A DNA stretch of 63,643 nucleotides, counting the filler, from Licmophora abbreviata (lineage: Eukaryota), in assembly GCA_900291995.1 (NCBI GenBank). It is 12 parts of 12 records of this genome, joined end to end, with 100 filler letters (N's around TTAATTAATTAA, not from the genome) between each part and the next. Parts side by side here need not be neighbours in the genome. Positions count along the whole stretch, not along the records: positions 6,666 to 24,185 come from OLMU01004948.1; positions 24,286 to 30,606 come from OLMU01004949.1; positions 30,707 to 38,575 come from OLMU01004950.1; 9 more parts are not named here. The stretch is one strand, 5' to 3'. Position 1 is the first letter of the stretch. Every line of letters starts with the position of its first letter. The position numbers and the translations under genes are program-made. A model generated the notes under the pieces. That model was not told the origin of the DNA and did no database searches. It was given only the letters and a program-made list of their open reading frames with translations. Shown here in pieces: positions 23,701 to 34,952 of the stretch.

Positions 23701-24185
23701 AGCATGTCTGTGTAGTAGTCATAAATTCCATTTCTTGAAGACAAAGATGAAGGTGACGACAGCTTCATACTGTCGGGAGACAAGGAAGACGAGGGCCTTG
23801 TCGAAAGAGAGCGAGATTTGTACAGACGCCGATGGGATGGCTTGTTGAACCGTGGCTCAAAGTCAAACGAGGACCGAGAACGGGGAGCAGCTTCATCTCG
23901 CGGAGATGGTAAGAGCCCGCTTTTCCGGGTGGCCTGCTCCCGCCGTTCTCTACGTCGACGGCGCTTCACCTGAGACCGAGCAAAGGCTTGAGGAATGTCA
24001 ATGGTTGTATTGTCCAGCAGAGGACCAGCAATCTTCCCTCGAGACTGGATGGCATGCGAAACGGGTTGTCGCTCTTCGTCTAATGAGAACACGCTCCTGG
24101 TGGGTGACGTCCTCTCATCCTTTGTCCTTACTGCCCTTCGCGTTTCTTTCTTCTTGGCCGATTTTCTTGATCGAGCGCCCACACG
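20719..24185 (-). CDS. WD40-repeat protein, multi-exon, 5' end possibly cut by the spacer
   Basis: Repeated motifs such as VRSLSFSPDGDWLVAGGDD, VLSLDWNPEGSKLVVGGSD, IQAVSWSTDGRFVAVGGTD and ISSLAWSNDDSYLVTAS across ORFs 22302-24182, 21767-22240 and 20719-21621. Confidence 0.85.
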
Positions 24186-24636
24186 NNNNNNNNNNNNNNN
24201 NNNNNNNNNNNNNNNNNNNNNNNNNNNNNTTAATTAATTAANNNNNNNNNNNNNNNNNNNNNNNNNNNNNNNNNNNNNNNNNNNNTGGGACGCAAGTCTG
24301 TCGCGACGCTTTGAGACATTGTACCGAGGGACTCCATCGATGGCAAAAAGATTGTCAACTCCGACCTCCGATCACCGAATCGTTGCACGACTATGTGACG
24401 CACTCCCTGTGCGAGTCCCAGCTATTCCACTACCGCTTGTCGCAAGTCTTCTGGGACTGGTGCTTGCCGACGTATGTTGGGCGTCGCAAGTCGGTCATCG
24501 TCGCCGAGTTTCGCAAAAATGACTCCCGCCACGAAACAATGTGAGGCAAGTCTCAAACTCGAGCTATCTCGCGAGAGGAGCTCGCACATGCGTGATGCCG
24601 CGTGCCTTCTAAACAATACTTCCATGCTATGATTTT

Positions 24637-25581
24637 CTACCTTCGTTTTCTCTTTCCTGTGATACCAATCAGCTTGCGATTATGGTCACTCATCTTGGCA
24701 GATGCCATGTTAATTGCTTCTGAGCTCAGCGATTCCTTGTTTCGCTTCAGGAAGTCGACAACTTCACTTGCGTGGCTAAGGCTCAGGTTGCGAAGCGTCC
24801 AACCGATGGCCGTCTGGGCAAAGCGTTCCGAATCTTGTGCAAGAGTATCAGCGATTTCCAAAACAGGGTCACTGTGAGCCTTGGTAATGTCAACAAAGGC
24901 GACCAGTGCGGCTCTTCGTTGCCATAAGGGGTTGCCGTCGGTATCTTCGACCCATAGCTTGAACACGTCTATTGCACTCTCTCCTTCTCGTGTGACAAGC
25001 GGCCCCAAGACTCGCACGCAGAGCCAATCGGTCGTGTTCCAGTCATAAATGTAATTCTCACGGAATAAATCTCTCAGTGTACTAAGATCCTCCACAGACA
25101 TGTCGACATGATTCTGAAAAATGAGAATAGCTGCCAGCTTCTGTTCGGCGATGGGTTGTCGAAACAAGGACCAGGCCGTCTGTTTTTTGGTGTGATCGGA
25201 AGGGTTCTCAGATTCGACCCATTTGTTGACGGAAGTTCGAATGTCAGCCATCGGAACGCCATAAAATTCGATCGCCTGCTTGAGGTAGTTTTCCCACCAC
25301 TGCTTCTTGGGCGGCTGGGCTTTGCTCTGGAGCGACCGGGTGATGTGGTCGACATGAGCGTCGACGACCTCATCGAGCGAAGTGGACATGCCTCTTCCGT
25401 CTCGAAGGATTGTCGCCGAGATGATTATTGAAGGATTCGAGTGAGGAAGCGAGGCCAGATGAGCTGATCGGTGGATCGCGCGATGAAGAGTGGCATGACG
25501 AGCAATCGCAGGGGTCTGGAAGTGGCGCAACGTGGTGCGCTGAAAGGCAAGCAATATGGACACAGATCGACAGACCAACAT
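24637..25581 (-). CDS. AlkD-like DNA alkylation repair enzyme (HEAT-like repeat glycosylase) with N-terminal targeting-like extension
   Basis: WWENYLK...FYGVPMADIR, AEQKLAAILI, IYDWNTTDWLCVRVLGP, LWQRRAALVAF and ERFAQTAIGWTLR motifs; single exon; basic, acid-free first ~60 aa. Confidence 0.8.
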   Translation of the reverse strand: MLVCRSVSILLAFQRTTLRHFQTPAIARHATLHRAIHRSAHLASLPHSNPSIIISATILRDGRGMSTSLDEVVDAHVDHITRSLQSKAQPPKKQWWENYLKQAIEFYGVPMADIRTSVNKWVESENPSDHTKKQTAWSLFRQPIAEQKLAAILIFQNHVDMSVEDLSTLRDLFRENYIYDWNTTDWLCVRVLGPLVTREGESAIDVFKLWVEDTDGNPLWQRRAALVAFVDITKAHSDPVLEIADTLAQDSERFAQTAIGWTLRNLSLSHASEVVDFLKRNKESLSSEAINMASAKMSDHNRKLIGITGKRKRR

Positions 25582-25986
25582 TCAAGACTGCATTGCAATG
25601 AAAAGCCAACGCTCTTGGGGGAGAGGAGAGGTCAAAGCAATGAATGGCAAGACCGACTGACGTCGAGACGGCATCTGCGCACAACAGAACTGTGGATTCA
25701 GGATTCAGGATCGGATCATCATTGTGTGACGGTCGACGGTTGGAGGTCTACTCACAGGTTTGGCGTGGTCTGGCCGGCATGCTCGCGCTGCGCGATATGC
25801 TCATCCTCGTGAGAATAGAAAAAATGGGCGCGAACGGCGACCGTCGCCATTTTGATTGGTGCGTGTTGATGGCTGCGTTGCTTTGCTGATGCTTGTGCTG
25901 CCGCTCCTGTTGAAATAGAGATCTTTCAAGGCTCATGACGGACGTGATCCCCGCTGTCATACTGTGAGAGTGAAACGTTTTTCCTT

Positions 25987-26014
25987 GAAGAGAAGAGAAG
26001 AGAAGAGAAGAGAA
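25987..26014. repeat. (GAAGA)n microsatellite
   Basis: gaagagaagagaagagaagagaagagaa upstream of the 26099 gene. Confidence 0.85.
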
Positions 26015-26098
26015 ACGAGTCCTTGTTTTCGGCTGAGATCGACTAGACCGTCCTCGTCGAAAGAGTATATCAGCTGCTAGCCTCCGACATCAGTGAAC

Positions 26099-27898
26099 AT
26101 GACGAGTGTGCAGTCGATCCAGGGAGATGGGTCTAGGACAGCCGAGGAAAAGCTTGATGAAATGCTCCTGAAGGCGGAAAAGCTCGCCCAACAGATGAAG
26201 GCCAACAACGAGCCCGATTCCCCCGTTGTCGCCACCGACAGCAGCTCTACACCGGTGATTCTCACCGGGGCGGATGACTTACTCTACCGTATTTCGGAAG
26301 CTAAGAACCACCCCCATGACGCTACAAGCGTCTTTTGTGATGATTCCACCGTCATACCACAGGAATCAACCCCTGCATTGATGCGACAGACAGAGGCTTT
26401 GTTGGCTCTGCTGAAGTCTTCCGAGCCGTCGCCCGAAAAAATGCCAGAAGCAAGTAACAGCCCTCAGCCCTCGGACAGTCCCATGCATCCACGAGCCCTT
26501 GCGACTCCTCCCCATTCGACAACTGAGCGGCAGCACAATACACCGCTCGTCACACCACCTTCCCCCAACGACGACCTACGACAAGTCGCACAAGCTGAGG
26601 CTATGGCACGGCTCATGCAGCAAAGCCTGGCGTCTCTTACGACGACGGAGGAAACATCACAGACCGTGGCGAATAACTCTGATTCTCCTACCAGTAGAGA
26701 AGTTTCTGCATCCCCGGGTCCACCACTCGCCGCGAGATCCAAGTTGTTGGTGTCGGGGTCCGTACTGTCGTCGCACCACGCTCCGTCCCCGGAACAGCGC
26801 TTGACCAGGGAGCCTTCGTCCCCCAACAAGGCGGCTACCGCTCGTCCCCCGCGGCCTACGATCAAACCGTCAAGCATGATAAACGCGGCTGATACTCCCA
26901 AGCGAAATCGTGTCGCCTCGTTCCAGGCGTCGAAATCTACCCCGATATCGATCAAGACGAAACCGTCTCCGTCCAGGACGACGCCGCGCAAGACGAACGT
27001 AAGCACCACAGCGATCAACAAAAATCTCAGTCCAACACGAGCGCTCAAGATGAACTTTCGGGAAGGCGATGATTTGCTCCGAATCGCCGACCTCACAACA
27101 CGAAGCCCGCTCGTCAAGTGGGAAAAGGTGTCGAATGCAGCAGCTGGCGACGAAGATTATGTGCCCCTCACGGACTACAGTCACCTGAGTCCCAGAAAGA
27201 TTACACGCAGCTTGGATACGAACAGCGACTCCCCCTCGAAAAACAAACGGCGCCGGAAGAAGATGATGCGGATTGCGGTGGTGGTGATGCTTGCTGCACT
27301 CCTCCTCGTGCTCTACATGCTCGGGGCCTTGCCTTTTGGAGGCGATCGCTCGGACTCGACGGTAGACACGTCCGAGGCAGGGCTCTTCACGGATGGACAG
27401 GCAAATCTTGTTCTTGAGCAAGGTGTCGTGGAAGCGATTCGTGAAGAATATAGCGTGGAGGATGATGCTGCTGCTGGTGTCGACAAGACTGTAGGAACAG
27501 AAAGTTCGCCGATTAGTGACGAGCCGCTTCGGTCAAACCCGTCATGGTCGAATGATATTGTTTCATCTCCCAATCATACGGGCCGCTCCTCTTCCATGGA
27601 ACGCGGGCACCTCGAGAAGAACTTTGCACGATGGACACGAAGTGGTTTGAATCAAGCGCGGGTGGCAGCCAAGAATGTCGCGTCGCACGTCCAGTCCGAT
27701 TTGACCAAGGTTTGTGCAGTTGCTACCAATGCGTGCGTCGACGAGATCATTCCTGGATTCGCAAGCTTTTCGGTCGAGTGGAAAAGTCTGCCTCGCAATT
27801 TCATCCGCGTGATACGACGTCGGGTACAGCAGCTGCTCGGCGTTGTCCGTCGAGTACGGGGACTATTTGTAGGCAATGCGCAAAACCGATCGAAGTAA
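26099..27898 (+). CDS. Hypothetical Ser/Pro-rich single-pass membrane protein
   Basis: ~600-aa uninterrupted ORF; basic patch KNKRRRKK followed by TM helix IAVVVMLAALLLVLYMLGAL. Confidence 0.65.
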   Translation: MTSVQSIQGDGSRTAEEKLDEMLLKAEKLAQQMKANNEPDSPVVATDSSSTPVILTGADDLLYRISEAKNHPHDATSVFCDDSTVIPQESTPALMRQTEALLALLKSSEPSPEKMPEASNSPQPSDSPMHPRALATPPHSTTERQHNTPLVTPPSPNDDLRQVAQAEAMARLMQQSLASLTTTEETSQTVANNSDSPTSREVSASPGPPLAARSKLLVSGSVLSSHHAPSPEQRLTREPSSPNKAATARPPRPTIKPSSMINAADTPKRNRVASFQASKSTPISIKTKPSPSRTTPRKTNVSTTAINKNLSPTRALKMNFREGDDLLRIADLTTRSPLVKWEKVSNAAAGDEDYVPLTDYSHLSPRKITRSLDTNSDSPSKNKRRRKKMMRIAVVVMLAALLLVLYMLGALPFGGDRSDSTVDTSEAGLFTDGQANLVLEQGVVEAIREEYSVEDDAAAGVDKTVGTESSPISDEPLRSNPSWSNDIVSSPNHTGRSSSMERGHLEKNFARWTRSGLNQARVAAKNVASHVQSDLTKVCAVATNACVDEIIPGFASFSVEWKSLPRNFIRVIRRRVQQLLGVVRRVRGLFVGNAQNRSK

Positions 27899-28374
27899 GC
27901 TGGGTGAACTCTGGTAATGTGGTTAATGAACGATCATGGGGACCGATGTGTGTTGCGGGCGTACGATTTGACGGACCGCAAGAAAGCAGCATAACAAACA
28001 ATATAAGTCAATGCACTGGCGCCGTCCCGACTAAGGCATCGCGTACATAGAACACACCTTTACAACAGAAGCACATAGCCTCCCGCTCGAAAATACGCAT
28101 GTTGAATATCTTAACGAGAATGGAGCTCAGGAAGACGAGGTAGACTAGTACAAATGGTTGCGACGCCAAGTGGTTCCTTGTCATTCAAAGCAGTACAACT
28201 AAAGGTCGATATGTTCTAAATCTAAATTGATACCTGGTACGGCAGTCAACTCAGACCTTCAATGATGTCAACCAAAAGGGAAAAGGCTCTGCCGTGCTGG
28301 ACACCTAAAGAAAATCTCTCCACTTGATAGAGGAGACAAAAACTTCGCCTGTTCCAGAAACGCTACCCATCGCA

Positions 28375-29024
28375 CTACTTCATATCCATGTCGTCGTCTG
28401 CATCGTTGGCATCGTCATCTTCTGGGTCACTCAAACTCGCATGTCGTTCGCGAAATTGTCGCAGCATTTCCATTTCATTGTAGTGCTGCTTTCGATGTTG
28501 TTTGAACTGGCGATGACGATCCTCATCGGGCGGTCCGCTGCTTTCTGGCGAAGACGGACAGTCGGCGACGTTCGTTAGCTTGTTGTGCAGTTGATCCCAG
28601 TTTAGCTTGCTGTTTCCGGTATCTTCTGCCGGAGACTTGGGACGTCGAGAACCGTCCTCGCTTTCATAGTCTGAATGTGAGTCATAGTGAGTATACGGAG
28701 TGTTGGGCTCGTCAATCTGTGTCAAGTGGAGAAGCGACAGCCATGAGATACGCGGCCGATGTCCGTGAGCTGCGATAGGACGTAGACCAATCATGTTTCG
28801 ATTGATTCGTTCACAGTCCCCGCGTAAAATCAACACACCTTCATTCGAGTTCCTCTAAGCTGATCGTGCTCTTCAATGATCTCCTCGTCCCACTTGAGCT
28901 CTTTTTTGGGCTTCTTCGGAGTCACCTCGGGCTTCTTCAGCACTGGCTTGACGCGCTTCTTCTGCTGCTCGGCATTCGCCGCTTCTGCGGGCGTCGTTTC
29001 TTTGCCGACAGTATCGGGATCCAT
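28375..29024 (-). CDS. Protein phosphatase 1 inhibitor-2 (IPP-2), 2 exons (29024-28839, 28716-28375)
   Basis: KPVLKK (SILK-like), KELKWDE (RVxF-like), RMK|IDEPNTPY and FKQHRKQHYNE are hallmark I-2 motifs; GTGTGT..CAG intron. Confidence 0.9.
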
Positions 29025-29436
29025 CCTTAGGTTTGGCAAAAGTCGGGGAAGGAAACCTTCGAAGTTTCAAGGGACGTGGGATGGGGCAGCAGTGCAAGGA
29101 CGACCCAGGTTCAATGGCAGTTGATGTATGTTGTGTGATCGCAAAGCAACCTCGCATCATCCCACCACACGGCCGAGAAGGAGTTCAAGAGTGAGAGATC
29201 GCGTGGAGTTCGCATTGTGAGTGCGCGTCCGACAGTCGATCGTCCGCCGTGAAACGAAGAGCTGTACTCAGAGTAGACTCTCAGAGCCCGTCGTCACTAG
29301 ACTAGCAGTACCGAAGGTACTAACGTTGATTTAAGGCTTAGTGCTGCAGAGACAGAGCTGCAGCAAGGTAACCTTGTCTTCTTGTAAAAACACGTTCTCT
29401 GCAGATACAGTATTCTAAAAGCTTTCATTCGTCGCT

Positions 29437-31579
29437 TTACACAATCCCAGCATGATTAAATCCGAGTCCTAGCTCAGCGCCCATCAGCTTCGCACCGTGA
29501 TCATCCGCCAGAAACAACCACACCAACGACAGAAGCGACCACGATAGACTCAAAATCAACGTAAACGATATCACACGCAGCGGAAGGCGCACACAAGTCC
29601 AGAAGATCAAACCGAACGCGCCTGAAATTAGGTACCCCAACAGAAACGACACAATATCGGTAGACGGTTCCATTTCCATGGGCGGTACTTTCGGTTGCTG
29701 TTCTGGGACAGTAGTCGCAGCGGGCATGGGTGGCGCCTTAACTCGTTCCGGCTGTGCGGCCTCTCCTTCGGTACCGACGCAAGCATCCGACACTGGTGGT
29801 CTCGACTCCGTACTGCTACTCGCCGTCAAAGGAGGTATTCCTGCATTTGCGTCATGTATCTCATTGATTTCAGGGCGTGACTTACGGGCTCGAAGGGCTG
29901 ATGCTGTCGAAATTAGAGCCGAGCAATACGTCTCTCGAGTCGCCAATGCCTCCTCGTAGATGGCGTCTACATGAGAGCAGTGGGAGGATAGGCAACCGAG
30001 CTGTAAGAAACACAAGAAAAAAGGGCTGTAGACCATACAGATTTGACACGTCGCGTTTTTACCTAGCCAGTACTCCTTTTCGTTTGCATTCTCATCGATA
30101 AAAGTTATGCAGCCCAGAGGCTTGTCCATCCCATCCACATCGTCAAATACTCTCCACTGGCTTGACCCATTGCGATGCCGCACCGTCGACACGCCGCTGA
30201 GAGTCAAAAGACTATCATCTGCTTTGACTCGGGCTACTACTTCCAACGTCGACGGCTTAATGACGTCGGCCGTCATCTGGTACGCTTCGGTCGACTGTGT
30301 TCCAGCCTCGCTCCATACTTCTGCATTCTTCTCCGCCAGACCGCTGCTTCCATAGGGCACTCTCACTACGTACGTTGCTAAGGTTGAACAATACTCGACT
30401 GGCGTCGATTGGGTTGCTTCTGCGAGAAACTCCCTCGCCTTGTCGTCAGTGGCGCGCTTCGGATGAGGTGTGGCCACGCGTGTACGTCCCGGCGTCATGC
30501 TTCCGACTCGAATCGAACTGGTCGCGTTTGCCAACGGCGACAAAAACCCAACTTGCGAAAAGGCCTGCTGCTGCTGCTGCTCATGGGCGGAGGAACCATT
30601 CGTCTCNNNNNNNNNNNNNNNNNNNNNNNNNNNNNNNNNNNNNNNNNNNNTTAATTAATTAANNNNNNNNNNNNNNNNNNNNNNNNNNNNNNNNNNNNNN
30701 NNNNNNGGACTCTGGCTTCTGCTGTTGCTTCTGCAAGAAGGTAATTTGTTCCTGCAGTCGAGCAATCTTGCGCAAAGCGCTGGCCTTTTCTTCCTGTGCT
30801 TGTTTCAGTTCACGCACGAAACGCACATTACTCGAGTCATCCGCAGCTGACTTCTGCGACTTGGACGTCGATTCCGGTGACGCTACTGAATCCCGCATCA
30901 ACTGGAGTGTCTCTCGTCGCGCCGTACTGGGAGGGGTCGCCACCGCAGACTTTCGTGGATACGGGGTGCCACCGCCGGTCATCGGCTCTTCCGCCAGGAT
31001 AGGAGGAGGAGGTTCCGTAGGAGGCGGTCGCGTCGGGGGTGCACTTTTGGCATGAGCAGATGTCTGTTTCGGTGGAGGCGCCGACGGCGGTTCTTCTTCA
31101 AAGGACGTATCCAAGCGACGAGCCACGCCCTGAGACAGTACCGGCTGAGTTGAACGACTGGTCGTCGCTGCGACTGGAGGCGGTCCTATCAGAGCCGACG
31201 CAGGAGGAGCCGGCGGTTTTGAAACACCCGGAAAGATATCGCTGTGTCGCACCCGCGAGACGCCCGTAGCATGGGGAGGCACGGCTGGAGGTGGTCGCTG
31301 CCGAGTGGGCGCCTGCATAGAAGTGGGCTGCGTGAGCTGTGTCCTGGCTCTCGCCAATAGTCCCTCGGTACTGGTCGCACTCGAGACAGATCCGCTCTTT
31401 TCTGCGCGCATTTGTTGCAAACGACGGAGTTCGGCTCGTCGACGAGCAATGGCGTCATCAGCACGGCTCGTCAAGCGATCTGCGCCGGGACGCGTGCGGA
31501 GTGGTGCGTCGTTGCCGGATCGCTGCTTCTTCGCAGGGGGAGCCACCGGACGCATCGGCGATGGCACAATATTGCTCAT
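29437..31579 (-). CDS. Hypothetical Pro-rich/coiled-coil protein with C-terminal TM helices, spanning the third spacer
   Basis: ORF 30659-31579 ends ...QKPES at the gap and the frame resumes ETNGSSAHEQQQQQAFSQ into ORF 29437-30543. Hydrophobic C-terminus; a probable intron lies near 29960-30040. Confidence 0.55.
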
Positions 31580-32131
31580 ATCAGAGTGCAGCGAGGCAAA
31601 CGGGGGCGATCAGAGGGCAAGAAACACCGAAGTAGACAGACCGACGGCGTAGCGGTATCTCTCGTCGTCATGGCCAGTATGATACACTCGACCCCCGATT
31701 TTCGCTCGACCTGAACAAAATTCCAGGTCATTGCGAGTTTCTCGTAGAAACAATACAATGGCCTACATGCGCGAATGTGGTAGAAAAATAACGTACATTA
31801 TTTGAGTCGAATAAGTCCGTCATCAATCCTTCATAGATAGTTGAGTCGGATGATTCGAATCGACATCGAAAGCAGAAAGCATTGAACGAGTAGGATTGCA
31901 GACTTATGTCATACCTAACGGTGCGAGTGCAGTATTGCCAATGCTCTCGTCGGGCCAATACCTAGGTATGCTGTCCGCCGGAACAAGACTTTGATTCGTC
32001 CTATGGAGTGGATGAAATTGTTGTAAGCATACATACTACTTCGAGATAGCTTCTTCCTCTAGGGCTATGGGCTATTGGTTGCGGTGCCGGCTGTCCAACA
32101 CCCCGAGGGCTACCATAGCCTGCCTGCTCAT

Positions 32132-32694
32132 TCAGTTGAGTTCAGGCCACTCCTTGAATCGAAAGCGGTGATTACAGTACCCTAGCGGGTTCTTCATCAA
32201 ATATTCCTGGTGCTCTTCATGCGCTGGGTAATACTTTGTGTACGGCACGATCCCAGTCTCGACCTTCTTGCCCAGGTACTTGACCTTGTCCGAATCGATG
32301 GCGCGCTGCAGATCTTCCATGACCCTTGTGGCAATCTTGGACTGGCCCTCATCACCGCAGAAAATAACACTCGCGTACTGCGTTCCAGCATCGTTGCCTT
32401 GCCGATTCTTGGTGGTGGGATCGTGAAACATGAAGAAGAAGCGAATCAGCTCCTCAAAGTGTTTCTCGGGATCGTTCAGTTCCACATTCAGGACTTCAAC
32501 GTGTCCAGTGCTTCCAGAACAAACCTGCCGGTAAGAGGGATTCTCCATGGCATCGGAGTCGGGACTCATGAATCCGACCGACGCTTCCTTGATGCTTTCT
32601 GGAAAGCGCTTTTGGAAATCGACGACGACGTACTTTTCCGTACCCCAGTAAAACAGCCTGCACCAAGTGCGAGTGTATTAGAGAGAGTGACCAT
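32132..32694 (-). CDS. msrA: Peptide methionine sulfoxide reductase A, with a frameshift in the T-run of the catalytic GC(Y)WG motif
   Basis: MVTLSNTLALGAGC in one frame, then YWGTEKYVV...SVGFM...PSYRQVCSGSTGHVEV...HDPTTKNRQGNDAGTQYASVIF...YYPAHEEHQEYL..NP.GYC in another. The break is at 32650-32653. Confidence 0.9.
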
Positions 32695-33229
32695 GGTTTT
32701 ACTGCTGTTGCTTCTTCGAATAAAAGCGGGGGCAAGGAGGCGTTGCATCGGCAGAAAAAGGAATGACGAGGAGGAGTGAGGCTCGACGCACAGGCAACCT
32801 CTTGCTCTCTCTCGTTGGTCGGGAAAAGCAAACAGCCAAATTCCAAATTCACAATTCACCGCACACAACAAAACACGAGCTCTCATCCAGTGCGAGCTCT
32901 CTTCAACGGGACGCCGAGAACGTGCCCATCTCGGACACCACGAAGACATCGCATCGATAATTTTTCAGCGCTCGTCTCCACATAAGCTCACCCAAGTTCT
33001 TAGCCCCCGATAGAGCAAAACTCTGGAAAATGCGGATATCGCAACTCTCATGCGTCATTTGCTATTTATTTCGCTTAATAAACCGTTGAAGAAGAACATT
33101 CGACAATATCAATTGCACCATCTGCTGCAGGACTTTCGTGTCTTCCATCCATCTTCTTCAAAAAGCATTCTCCACCGCGATCACAACGAGAATGCAAGCG
33201 AACTGAAGCCGTTTGGAGCCACCAAAACG

Positions 33230-34658
33230 ATGGAAACCACGATGACGATGCTCAAGACGGTGTCTGAGAGCGACCCTTCGGTGACTGGATCTAATTCCTC
33301 GAAAGAAGGGGAGAAAACGATCCCATTTCTAAGGTAAATTGCTAGATTCTCAATACGCGATCACAGATCGGCGGCTACCAAAGATTTCGTGCGATCTTTC
33401 ATTCATTTTTGGATGTATCGGTCCAATATCAGCTCCCACTCGGAGTCTTCTACTCTATTGACTGATGGCAAGTCTCGGTTTGCTCTTTGGCGGCCTTTGA
33501 GTCGTTGTCTTTGCCATCGGAGCCTCGACCGGCACTTTCTCAAGTAGCGACGCGTTCTCACCTCATAACCAGTGTTGTCACCGCAAGACTTCGGGAAGAT
33601 CACCTTCCAAGTGGATATTTTTGATATTTTGGGTGTTCTCGAGCGCACATCTTTGATTCTTACCTGCCAAGGCCTAACAACTCTCTGCTTACCTAATGAC
33701 GCTCTTACTACACTCTAGGCGACTTGTTGACATGCTGATAGAGAATGACGAAATTATTTCTTTCTATCCAGGTGGTAAGTTGTGTCGATTGCGGAAATCT
33801 AGCTTGTTGTCCGTCGTTACCTAGTAGACTGTTGTTGCATACCGATACGCACTCACACGGTTCCTGCTCGCCTCCATCCCAGTCGAAGCAGACGGACAGA
33901 AGCTTTTGGGAAGGATCGTTGTTCACGACCGTGCTCGTGTCGAAACCGAAATCCTGCCTCGCTACTTCTCGCACTCGTCCTTCGCGTCGCTGCGTCGCCA
34001 GCTCAACTATTTTGCCTTTACGCGAGTCGGTAAGGGCCGTCAACGAGGCGCAACCTACTGCAACGAAGCTGTCGTTGTGCTAGACGATATTCTTCATCTT
34101 AAGCGTCGTCCGAACGGAAGCACAGCCAACATTGCTGAGATTAACGAAAACTCGGTCGATCTCAAGGCCGTCCCTACAACGCAAGTTGAAGCTCACGAAC
34201 AAAACGTGCAGCTCGACAATAGCCATTCATCGAGTAGTAGCACATTACACTCCAGCATTCGAAAGGTTGTTGTTCCGTTTGTTCATCTTCCTAAATCGCG
34301 TTCGCGATCTCACGATGATGCTCGGACATCACATCGCAGCAAGAAGATGCGTCGCTTCAAGACGACACCCTCTTCTCCACCAATCATTTCTCCATTGAGT
34401 ACGTCACCGGCGCACTCGAGCGATGAGGAGAGCGAGGTACCGACGCACCATCAGCGCATTGTACTGGACTTGACCCTACCAGCGTCGCATGTGCCGTCGA
34501 TTAGTGCACGCGGAGCTCAATCGCATCCCAGCCAGTTGCACCTCGACCGTGGCGACGCCGCTGCCTGCAAGTTGGCAGTCGGTCGCGGTTATGACGACGA
34601 GGAGATTTTGGCGGGATGCAGTGCTCTGCTTTCCTTTGCGCAAAGCGGTCTTCGTTAG
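33230..34658 (+). CDS. Second HSF-type transcription factor, 3 exons (33230-33333, 33719-33774, 33883-34658)
   Basis: Spliced IPFLR|RLVDMLIENDEIISFYPG|VEADGQKLLGRIVVHDRARVETEILPRYFSHSSFASLRRQLNYFAFTR; canonical GT-AG introns keep the frame. Confidence 0.85.
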
Positions 34659-34952
34659 GTCCCCACTCACAGGCTGCACATCTAGCGCATCACGTTCATA
34701 GTATATGAGGATTATGTGAGGGTTCATGCCTTCCGGTGTTTCGTTTGCTACGCCTACTACTTGTATGGGGTATATATATATCATGTAGAGTACGACGTAA
34801 ATCAATAACAATGCGGTCGTAACGGGATGCGAAGTATGATACAAGGCAGTCTACGCTCGATTTGGGTAGGGGCCAGCAATGGGAGAGGCCATCGCCAATC
34901 GTCGGTCAACAGAACTTCGGAACTAACCGTTAGCTACCCGTACCTTCTAGAA

